DNA of 64,000 bases, taken from the IMG/VR virus record IMGVR_UViG_3300021354_000450, positions 64,001 to 128,000 of that record; one strand, written 5' to 3'. The notes under the pieces were generated by a model. The model made no database searches, had not been told where the DNA came from, and saw nothing but the letters and a program-made list of their open reading frames with translations. The DNA comes from a virus. Shown in pieces: positions 46,753 through 59,400 of the stretch. The position numbers and the translations under genes are program-made. Numbering within the stretch: the stretch's first letter is position 1; each line of letters opens with the position of its first letter.

Positions 46753-47400
46753 TTATGTCCCACTTGTTAGACTTTGAATTCTAACTGTATAATCAATTTG
46801 TAATAGTCTGTTTAATGATTTTTGAACTGGATGAAAAATAACATGTGTTAACAACATCCCTGTTCCTGAACCTTCTAAACTATAACCTTTAAGCCCAATT
46901 TCGTCAAATACAAAATCTGATTTTAAAGTACTTGTATCAAATGCTTCTTGTCCTGACGGTTCACCAAAGTCGAGCAAGCAACTTACAAGAATATCAGAGT
47001 ATGCTGTTCCTGTAATATGTCTAACTTCCATAAAATTTCTTGAAGGATCTAAGTTTGTTTCATTAAATGCATCGATATTTTTAATATAAGTTTGATTGTA
47101 CAAACTTGCATTTAACCCTACAGAATTTGGTGTAAGATAGGTAATAATTCCAGTAGGATCAATTCGACTCCCACCATTTCCAAATGCCATTTCACTTATG
47201 AAACCTTTTCCTTGATTGCTCATAGCTTGAGCTAGTCCAATACTAAAGTTTTCATAATGAATTGCATTTCGTTTGTCAATGAAGATCTCTTGAGTTTCAG
47301 GGTCAAAAATCCTGATGTGACCTTGAATATGAAGATTTCCGTGTTCGTTAGTTTGTGAATTTTGATTTATAGTCATAATATTATCTGTTGGTTCTTCCAT
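46753..47400 (-). CDS. putative baseplate/tail structural protein
   Basis: in the structural operon; TAAATA (minus, 47406-47411) upstream; FDEIGL...LLTHVIFHPVQKSLNR. Confidence 0.65.
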   Translation of the reverse strand: MEEPTDNIMTINQNSQTNEHGNLHIQGHIRIFDPETQEIFIDKRNAIHYENFSIGLAQAMSNQGKGFISEMAFGNGGSRIDPTGIITYLTPNSVGLNASLYNQTYIKNIDAFNETNLDPSRNFMEVRHITGTAYSDILVSCLLDFGEPSGQEAFDTSTLKSDFVFDEIGLKGYSLEGSGTGMLLTHVIFHPVQKSLNRLLQIDYTVRIQSLTSGT

Positions 47401-47438
47401 ATTGTTATTTATTCGCTTGTTAACTTGTTTGTTTACAT

Positions 47439-50400
47439 CTAATTTTTTGGTAACTTAGCCAATGCTTTAGCAATAAATTTTGCTTGCGGAGTAGTATTTT
47501 TAGCCAAAGTACTATTTGAATCATACCACGAACTTGCAAATCGTTTAATAACTTCAAGTTTTGCACCTTCGATGATTGTAACTGATGCGGTATTAAGTGT
47601 TAAAATTCCTGTTGAAGAAATATTAAAATCAGAAGGAACACTAATATCAGCTGTAGATGTTGAATCATAGGCAATTTCTAAATCATGTTTAACAGTTAAT
47701 AACCCTGGTTTTAATAATAATTTTCCTTGGTATCTTACTTCTACCTGATCAGTAAAATTTGCATCTGAGGTAAAAGTTATACCTGTTAACAAATACGAAG
47801 GCGTTAAAACCGAAGTTGAAGTTGTATATTTTTGTGTTTCTTCAGTTGACAAAATTGTCTGATCTGTTCCTTGATCAATAACTTCGTAACCTGCATAATA
47901 AATTTCAGCAGGTGCTGTTCCTAATGTACTTCTACGTAATTGGCTAAGAGTATTTCCTTGTTTAATAAAAAATTCAATCCGTTCTTTTTGAATCAACACA
48001 ATTCCTGGACGATTATGACTAGGATCTGGTTCAGTTAAAACACTTGCATCTTCAACTTCTATTGTTTGATCATTTAAAGAAAAATTTCGAACCAATACCG
48101 TTGAGTTTGATTGACTTAATCTCTTATAATGGGTTCTTCCTAAAATATCACGAAATAATCTGTAAGCAACTGTTGATTCTCGATCTGCAAAACTTGTGAT
48201 TAAAACATAATCTTGAGAATTTTGATAAAAACCATTTCTTATCGTAACGGTTCTGTTATCAGGTCCAATTGAATAATCTAAATTTACTGTTAACGGACTT
48301 CCGTTATATGTAACCCAGACATAAGATGCATCAATACACGAACGTTGCATAACATATTGGCTACTTTCACTTACATTAAATCTTTCTGTTCTAATAAAAT
48401 CAGGATCGTGATTTGTAAATGTTGTAACTACAATTGAAGTTCCAGTTGAAGCAGGAGTTGTTAAATTTAATTGGTTATCTTGAATCAAATACTCTTGCCC
48501 TTCTTTAACTACAACTGCAATACTGTCACTAATTGACAACACTCCAGGAAAAAATTCAATTTGATTTGTTTGTTCATTTAAATTCCATTCTCGTAATGCA
48601 GCAACTTCGATACCATTGATATAAACTTCAATTTGAGATTGATCAATTCTTCCTAATTTAAAATCAATCGACTTACAAATATCAAATGTTGTTTGCTCAT
48701 TCTCAACTTCGTAATAAGTTAAAACAGGAGGTTTCAATCTTTTTCCATTTTTTGTTACAAAAACTTGATTATGTAACGGTTTTGCATTTCCTGGAATTGG
48801 ATTTAAAGTAAAAATTGACCTATTACTTGACGGAACTGTAATAATTTGATCAGTAATTTCACTAAAAGATTTTGTTGTTTCTAAAAACAAATATACTTGT
48901 ATTGTGCCTGATCTTTTAACTGTTATTCTTGCAGAACCACGATAATTTGTAAATGAATATTCCGGAGGGCTTATACTAACTCCATTAACTGAAACAAAAA
49001 TACTACCAACTTCACTATATCTAACAAACGAAGTAAAAACAGTTTCAGATAACGACGAAATCGAAGTTAATGAATCTAACAATTTAACCGTTCCTATTTG
49101 CATAGATGTAATACTTAGCCAGCCAGTTATTGGTGTAACTGAATTAAAAGTAAGTGTGTTATTTTGATAGTTAATTGTATAATTGTTTGAAGTAACAATC
49201 TGATCATTTAATAATACAGATACAGATTTTTCAGTTGATGGACAAATTCCAAGATCAAATGTTCTTATTGTTCCATCTAGATAATATTTTTTATTAATAA
49301 TCAACGGAGAAGAACTTACAGGTTGTGAATATACACTAATTCCAAATGCTTCTTGTATTTGTCCAGGAACGCATTCTTCAGGAGCAAAACTGTTAATTGA
49401 ATTTAAAAATCCATCATCATTCATTCCGGTAATATGTCTTGTTGAAGACGATCCACCATCTAAAATAATTTCACTTGGTGAAAGACCTAACGCGGTAGTA
49501 TTCTCTAAATTTCCACCGTTAACAATTGCATCTAAACTATCTTGATCAGATGGAACAACAGTACCGTCACTTGTTGAATATCTTAATACTACCTGTGTCG
49601 AAGATGTTGTGAATGCAACCTTTGGAATTGTAATTGTTGATGTTGTGATGTTTGAATTAATTTCAGTAAATTCTGATTTTAATGTTGCTCTTGCATACGC
49701 ACGAGTAGTTACAGAACTTGAAGTATGATTTGGGTTTATTGATTCTAGAATTGTTATAACCGGAGCTTCAGTATATCCACTTCCTGGATTTACAATTTGA
49801 ATATCAACCAATCCATTTGTTATTGTTGCAGTAACTGTTGCATTAATTCCGTTAAGCGTATTTGGAGCAGAAACAAAAACAGTTGTATATTCTGCAACAT
49901 AACCCGATCCAGGAACAATCATTGTTACTGTAGAAATAGCACCAGTTCCTAATCCAATTAATGTTTTAACTATAGAAGTCGAATTTACTCCATCAATACG
50001 TTTTCCACTTGCACTAGAATCTAAATTACTTTTTAAATAAACATTTACTTCTGTTCCAGAAGAAATAATCGTCGGAACTATAAATGTCTGTGTTGATGTA
50101 GACGTTGTTTTATAAGAAGTGTATCCTTCTTCAAATCCAAAATTATCCCAAGGAGTTGTTGACCACGGAATGTTGTTTGCATTCCACCCACCTGATGAAT
50201 CAAAAGGTAATCCAGTTACCTGTAATCCAGAATATTCGATACCAGTCATTAATTGAGCAAGATCTTTACCTGGCATTCCATATGAAGGGTTATAATAATC
50301 TTCGATTCGACTTGCAGCATTATATAAATCTAAATTTTTAGGATAGGTAATTTCAAGTATATCACCTGCATCTGGAATAAAAGATAACTTTAACGATGCA

Positions 50401-53400
50401 AATAGTTTTGAATATTCAGTATTTGGTTGAGGATTGTATAATTCAGTTGAAAACACAATAGTAAAAGAATCAATCAATTGAAGAATACCATTTTTTGTAA
50501 ATGTTATTAATTCTTTTTTAGTAATAGGAGGCCAATCTAATTTATAAGAAGTATCTATTCCATCACTTATAAAACTCTGTGTAACATATTGTGTTCCAAT
50601 TTCACGCTGTTTAGTAATTCTATCAAATTTTAATCTAATATAATTAGATCTCACAGGGCAGTTTCCAAGTTGAGCATATGCTCTTGCTGAAATTAAACTT
50701 GTACTTCCTCCACCATTAATAATTACAGTTGGTGTTGCTGTATATCCTTGACCTGGATTCGTAACAATTATTTGACTAACTTTTCCTAGACTAATAAAAG
50801 CAACTGCTGTTGCTCCAAATCCAGTATCACCATATGCAGGAACAATAGTAATATCAGGAGTTGAAGTGTATCCGCTTCCGCCTGTTGCAAGAGAAATAGT
50901 TTCAACTTGATATGTAAAATTATTAAACCATGCTTTCCATGGATATTGTAACAACATGTTATTTTCAAATTCAACTTTTTCAAATTTTGCAGTTGCTTCA
51001 TTATAATACAATGGCATATCAAAATCAGTATTAAATGTATTTGTAAGTTCAGTTGTTGTATATTGTTCTGTAAATTTTCTAATTTTAGTATGATACGGTT
51101 TAGCTTCTTTTAAGAAATCTTCAAAATAAGAAACATTTTGAAGATTAAATGTTGAAACTTGATCTAAGCTACCGGCTTGATTAACAACACTAATAAATGT
51201 TGTTTTAAATGCCCAGTCTAAAAATTTCTGTTCGCTCATTGCATAACGAACTGCTTTAAAAAATAGTTGATTCCAATATATTTTACATTCATTTATAAAA
51301 ATGTCATTTTTTATTGCATTTAAAATAAATGAAATTTCTGTATCTGGTGATTGATCAAATTGACTTTGATCCCATCCAAAATTTTGATCCCATCCAAATA
51401 ATGACGCAGAAGAATTCCATAAAGAATCTAAGAAATAAATGGTTCCATTTTCAGAATATACAATATCCCAATAAGGATCAAATGATCCTTGACTTCCGTT
51501 TGTTTTACGTAAAATTAAATAACGACCATCTCCACCATTTTGGACTTTAACATAACTGCCTTCTTCAATTGTTTGAAGAACTTGTAATGCATAAGGTTCT
51601 GCAACTGAAGAAACAATATTCTGAAAAGGATCAAAGTCTTTTGCTTTCCAATCAACATATTTCCAATACAACGGAGTATTATACGATTGAGTACGTGGTT
51701 TGATCCATTTAGACTCAGAAGAATTCCATTCATAAACTGCCCATTTTCCTCCAGAATTAACATCTGTTTGAACTACAACAGTATATGGTCGAACAACTAA
51801 TTCAGTAGTTGAATCATAATTTTTTCCACCATTAATAATATCAACAGATGTAATTCTTCCAAACATATCAATGTTTGCATATAATTCTGCTCCCGTTCCG
51901 TTACCTAAAATTGTAATTGTTGGAGAAGTTTTATACCCAAATCCTTGATTTAACAAAGTATTATTAGAATTTCCAGTTGTTCTAACATTAACAATAGTTC
52001 CGTTTGAATCAATTTCTGCTTCGATATATGCAGTTACTAATGAGTTTGTTGATATTAATTCAAAATTGTAAATATCTTCAACAATTGTATCATACGAATC
52101 ACTTGCCGGAATTGATTCAATTTCATTAAGATTTGAAAAATTAACTTTTCCTGTTACTATTTCATTAGCTAAAACGAAGTTTGTAAATTCAATAATATTA
52201 CGTAATGCTTCTTTACGATCAACAAATAAACTTTGACGAGGTCTGACTTCAATTCCATATTTTAATTTATTTGGTAACGAAGGATCAGGTACCGCATTAC
52301 CAAGACTATCATGTCCTAATAAACTATCAATTAATTTTTTCTCTAATAACCAATTTGGTTTACTATTTGGATCATTTTCTTGTAATAATAACCACTCAGT
52401 ATGTCTATTAGCTGAATCAGTTATTGTATCAAACGAGATGTTTAAATTAATTTGTTCAGACGTAATTAATGGTTTTGTATTTGCAAGTATAAATGCCGAA
52501 GGGCTAATAACAACTAAAAACTTAGCACCTGTGCTTTTAGGATCTGCAATTTGTTGAGCAACTTCATATGCAGGTTTTTTACGATTTCTTACGTTAGCAG
52601 GAACTGTGGTTTTATTTTTAACCCAATAATAATACACGTTTGAAAATGAATTTGAAACATTATTATAAACTTGTTTAACTGAAATTATGTTGTTATCATA
52701 AAATTTAGGTTGACCGCTTATTCCTTGCGTAAGCCCATCTGCTGTATCTGCTAATTGACTCCATTCTGAAGGAAGATATTCAGTACGAACCCATTCATAC
52801 ACATCAATACTACTTCCTGGAAAGAGATTATTCCAATTATTTTTTCGATATTCAAGTTCACCTTGTTCTGACCAAACAAATTTAACCGTTGATAAATCCC
52901 ACCAAAGTTCTCCAACATGTTCATCAATCCAATTTGTATTTGGATCAATATTAACTCCAGTAATGCCTAAACTATAAATTGCCGGATCGTAATGTGTGAT
53001 GTATCGTAATTCTTCAGCCGCTGTTCCTAATATATTCCCTTTAATAGGATCAATAACATCGATATAATCTTTAATTTGTTCTGAATTTGAATCAATTGTT
53101 ATTGCACGTTTAATTGGTGAAATATCAACTAACGGAATTTGAGATCGATGAACTGCCCAAGAATTAATTAATTTATTAATTTTATTAAATTCAAAAATTT
53201 GACCAATTCCAAAATTAACTCCGTTATCAATTTGTGACGGAGCTCCGACATAAATTTTATCATCTAATGTAAGAACACTTGTTCCAAACATTGTATTTGA
53301 TGTTATTTTATCACTTGTTAATTCTTGAGCATAAATCCATTTTGTTGAATTTGTTCCAAGGCGGTTATAAACATGCGCAGAACCAGCATTCGTATATTTT

Positions 53401-56400
53401 GAGGAAAATCTAGTACTTCCACTATCAAATGTTGTTGTAAGTTTACGTGCAATTGACTCAGAATTATTAACATAATTTGATTCAAATCCTAATGTTGTTA
53501 TTGTTGACGTTGAAAATCTTTCAGTATAATTGTCAAAAGTCGGACGTTTTGATTTTGCTCCGCCAATTGATGTTATAACAAGAGTATCAGCTGAATCATT
53601 TAAAGAAATATCATAAGCAAATGTTGTAGTTGATGTAATTGATGATAACGGTAAACTAATACGTTGATTATGATTAAATTTTGTTCCGTTCCAAACAAAT
53701 GTATCAACAACACCTGTTTTAACTCCAAGCCCGGGATCAAATGCTATCGGACTTGCAACAATTAAAAATTGCCCATCCTGTGACATCTTAACTTTTGTTC
53801 CGAAAATATCACCAATTCCCATCGGAATTGATAGATCATTGCCGGTAATAATTGTCGGTGAAGTTTGAAGATTATTATATATGTAAACTGCACCTATTGA
53901 AGTTAATTCTGCTGAAGTATAACCTGGAGCAGAAACAGCAATTCTTGATAAGGAATTATTACCTGCAATATCATATCCAAACTTATCTGACAAGTCTTGT
54001 GGATGAGATAAAAGAAAATCTTGTGTTACAGTAATAGCAGATGAAGTAACGCCAACTGTAAACACATATACTTTACCAGGTGATGAAGTTTCAATTGCTG
54101 GAGCTCCAACAATTAATTTATTAGTCGATGTTGAATATGCAATACTCCATCCAAAATTTACATTTGAACTAAGAGTTGGTAGTGTTATTACAACAGAAGC
54201 ATCTAATAAATGAAAAGTACTTTTATTAATTAAAGAAAGTTTAACAACTCCTGTTTTAATAAATGCAGAACTTTCACCTGCTGGATTAACTTTATTTGTA
54301 TTAGGAATTAATGCTTTTACACGTGAAGTAAACGGTGCTCCTGCAATGATTAATCCAAAATTTGGGTCAAATGCAAGACTTTGTCCATATTTTGTTGTTT
54401 CGTACCCCGGTACTTCTGCATAATAACTAGCATATACATCATTAATTGTAAAATTATCATACATTTGAAGATTACCAAAACTATCAGTAACCATAACATA
54501 TACTCGACCATAACTATTTGATGTTAATGGAATATAATCCGGAGCAGATATAATTGTAATATTAGAACTTGCATGACTTGCAATTGAAGTTCCAAAATGT
54601 TGAGCAGTAATTGAAGACACTTCAGAAGAATATGCTGTTCCTATATAATTATTTGTTTTTTTATAAACTTCCCAATTTCCTGTGCCGTTATCATCAACCC
54701 AAATATTTTCTCCAAAATTCCATCGATCAATAAATGGAATGTTATCAATTTCATCAGTTGTTTTAATACGTGACGATTTAAAAACAGAAACTAATCCTAA
54801 TACAGGATTATCTAATGATGGCAACGAAGTTATTGTTGATAATACTACAAATTGATTATCATTTATTACTTCTTGAACAACATAACATTGATTAATCTCT
54901 GTTGCTATATTTGTAACACTAATTAATTCATTAGGTAACAATTGATGAGCATAATATGTTGTAAGTAAAATTGATTGACCTGGAATATTAATAGAAACTG
55001 CGCTAATAAATGTAGGAATATCTGTAACTCGAAGAACATCCCATTCGCCATTTTCTAAAAATCCTAACCAAATTGTATTTCCAATTTTAAGACTTGAATT
55101 ATTTGCAATATCTAATACACTATTCTTATTATAAGCAGTAGCTGTAATATCATCAAATCTAACATAACCTGCAACAGGCACTTTAAAGATAGTATCATCA
55201 TATACAGTTGTTTGAAAAATTGATGAAATATTAAAATCTTCAGAAGTAAGAATAAAATCAGATTGATCTTTATAATAAATCATTGTTTCTGAGTTAACAG
55301 GTTTTTCTTGAACAAACTCAACAATTTGTGGGTTTTCTAAAAATTTTGACGATTCTAAATTTATTTCTATTTCTTGAAATGTATTATATCCACCATAATA
55401 ACCGATACGGAATGCCCATTCTTCATTAAAATTAAGACTACTACGATATCTGTTAAGACTTGCTTTACCTAAATTTGTTAAAGATTGTTTGGTACCTTTT
55501 TCACGTATAAAACCTTGATAAAATTTATATTGTGCAATCGAATCACCAATAATATAGTTTAAATATGGACGAGGAGTATATCCAGTTAAATGTTGAGCCA
55601 TTGATTGTTGAGCAATATCAAAGTTATCAATGTCTAACGAATAAAAATCTTCAAACTGATTTATCTTATAATCAAAATTTGGTAAAAGTTGTGAAACAGG
55701 TTTTTTATCTAAAAATGTCCATTGAGTAATATCAAATGCTTCTGAACCAGAAATTGACTTATTTGCAGAATAATAATTTCCTGAAAAACGAACAACATCA
55801 CTGATACTGTAATCAACAAATTTTTTCCAATCACTAATTTTAGCTTGATCAAAAACAAAACCTGGACTAAAAAAATCACCATTCCAATTATCTGTAACAA
55901 ATCCTTTTAATTTAACTCTACGTTGACGATATCCTGTTTCTTTATCATATATAACATCATTGAACAATGTAAAGTTTTTAAAAACAATTGCATGTTCTTT
56001 TTGTGTAACATTAATTTTTGCAAAGAAAATTCCTTCTTGTGTATTAATTGTCGAAATTGAAAATTCACCATCTAATCGAACAATTGAAAAATTATGTTTT
56101 GAAAAAGGAAACCCGTCTGCTTTTAATAAACTATATTCATAAAAATTATTAACAATACTATCAACAATACCGATATTAGAACGGAAAGTTAATTTATTAG
56201 CAAATGGACTTATTGTAATAACTGCATCTTCGGCCCAATTTTGTGTTGTCCAATATAAAAATTCTTTTGAAGAAAAATTATAATTTAAAATTTGATCTAA
56301 TGTTGAATTGTATTCATCAAATACAAATCCTTTTGTTTCTAACCATTTTCCATAACCTAATATTAAATCATACACTTCTTGGTGAGTTTGATATTCTTTA

Positions 56401-59400
56401 CCATAAGGAACTATAGTTTCAACAGTTTCAAATGAAGTTCTACGCAATACTCCTATTCCACCTTTTGTTGGTAAAGAAGGAAGTCCTTGATAATAAGAAG
56501 ATGTAAAAATTGTTCCACTATTATGTTTTTGTTTTACTCTATAATATCTGTCAACATAAAAAACAATTTCATTTTCATTATAGGTTGTATTTGAATCCCA
56601 CAGAACATATGTTTCACTTTCTCCGCCGACTCTTTCGATTTGAGTCGAGTTACCTTCAAACGGTTTAAAAATTGTAAAGTATGGACAGTATCTATCATAT
56701 CCTCTAACAGTCCATCCTATTTTAGTTTTTTGAATAATAAATCCAGAAATTCCTAAACTTTGAATAGGATTACTTTTATTGTAAAAAATTTGATAATCTT
56801 CTGCAGGAATTAACGACCCGGGATAAGGACTTGACGGATCAACTGCATCAATAACAACAGATAATTTATCTTTACTTACAAATGACCCAAGTTTAACCAT
56901 TAATCTATAATCTAAATTTGCAAGATCATGTTTAAGTTCTGTTATATAATTTGAATTTTTAGCAGTACCTGTTTCAATAAGCATAACACTATAACCTGAT
57001 GCTAGAACCCGAGTTCCGTCATCTAATGTGTTATTAAACAAAACAACTTTTGAAGGATTTAAAAAAGATCCTTGGTATCTATATTCACCTGATATATTTT
57101 TTTCAAGTCGACTTGGATCAAACATTAATGCAGAATATGATGCAGGAGATGTTAGTGCTAATAGTAACTGACAAGTAAATGGCCACCAACTGCTTCGACG
57201 CCATGCAGTTTCTGCAGGTGCTTGATCACCAACTTTCCAATTTGAAGAAATTTGTTCACTTCTTAACAGAATAATACGATCTGGATCATCAACATTAATA
57301 ATCGGTGTAGTTGCTAACTTTAAATCAACTGGACTTATTAATTCTCCATATTCGTTTACAGGAATTATATTACTTAAACCAGGTCGAGCAAACATAGGAT
57401 TAATAATACCTGTATTTGCGTTTAGACCTTTTTCAAGATCATTCCACATTACAAGATTACCACTTGTATATGGTGCTTCACCATACGTAGTTTTCCACCA
57501 GCTAGGTTCTTCACTTAACCCAAGCATTTCCCACGGATGTGAATGAGGACGATCAGTATCATAAAAATACTTATAAACACTTCTCCAATAACCCGTTAAT
57601 GGATTTTTTGAAAGCGTGTCGATGCTTCCTGTATAATTGAATGTAAATGAATCTAATTCGTCAAATATCGAATTAGAAATATAATCAACCCCAAAATATC
57701 CTGCCCATTTTAGAAAATCAGCAGACAGAAGATTTGTAATTTCTATCTGAGAAAAATTATCAGTTCTAAATGCACTTGGCATAATTGTTAAAATATCTAA
57801 CAACTCTGAATTATATTCTGTTTTAATATTGTTATAAATTCGAGTTTCATATTCTAATAAAATAGCATCTCGGTAATCACCATATGTTAATGTTATACTT
57901 CCGTCATGCCCTTGAAGAACTTCACGTGGTTCACCAACAAACGTATCATCTAAATAAATCTGAGGTTTAAATTTTGGAAAAAGACCAAGTTTAGTCGGTG
58001 TAGGCGGAACAAAACTTCCATCTGTATTTGAAAAATCCAAAATTGTGATTATATCACCTTTTGTTAAAGAACTTATAATTCTAATGCTAGGATCATATTT
58101 TTCAACGATATAATCATATCCTTTTGTTAATAAAATATCATTTTTATAAACTAAAACTGATCGTTGACTTAAAATTGTATCATCAAATATTGTTGAAATA
58201 TTATAACGAACACTTTTAATATCATTAACTGTAAAAATTTTAGTTGTGCAATTGTTTCCAAAAGCCAACATATCTGAATTTTTATAGCTTGTAAAATCAT
58301 CTTTTGTAGAATTCATCGATATTAATGCAATATCTAATGATTGAGCTGGTGTAAAGTTTCCTTTTAAATTTGTTATGTTTCTTAATAAATTTGATTTAAA
58401 TTGATTATAATCAATTGCAACCTTTCGTATACTTGAAATAAGATTATCTGAAACTTCTCCACCTAAGAAATAATGAGCAAAACTTATCGGATTGCAATGA
58501 CTTACTAATCTTGAACCAAAAGAACTTACATCTGAAATATCTCTTAGATTACTTAACCCAGGAAAAACTCCATTAAATGTTTGAATAGAATCAACCATTG
58601 TTTTTACATGATCACTAATTTCAGTAAATGTAAATTCTTCAATTGATCCATTGAGTGGATTGTTGGTTAAATTAGTCGGTGGTTCATAAAATCCATTTGC
58701 ATTTGGTGTGTTATTAGTGTATAATTTTAAAAGAACCTTATCATTTTTTGAAAAAGTTGTTGTTGAAACAATAAAAGAACGGTTAACATTGTTTGTTTTA
58801 ATGTAATCAACATTATGAATTTGTTTAACATCATTAATAAAAACTTCAACTGTTAAATCTGAAACATATCCAGGTTCGTTAATTGAATTAATTTCAATAA
58901 ATGTTAAATCTTCAGTAAGAACTTGATATTGTAATATCGGAATTGCTTTGTCAACTGTTTTAGTCCAAACTGTTTTAAAAGTTTCTCCTGTTAACGAATT
59001 TATTTTTAAAAACCCGTTTGAAACATTTCTTACTTCGGTAGTATTGTTTACAAAATTTGTAAAAGAATCTATCATATAGAAATTCTTAAATAGATATTCA
59101 CCAACATTTGCAACATTTTTATATGCTAAATTAAATCCTAAAACAGAGTCATAAACTGTGCCAAGTTCATACCCGAACATTTTAGTTCCTGCAAATGAAC
59201 TATCATATATTGCCGTATCAGAAAATTTATTTCCACTACTATCGTATAATTCCCATAATGGTGCTTGATTTAATCCTGTTTTTTGTTGAGAAAAAATCCA
59301 AGTTGTTCCATCAAACCACCAACTAGTTCCTGCAAATTCAGTTCCTTGTTTAACTGATACTGCTTCAAACAATTTTGGTTCTGAATCAAATACTTCTTCT

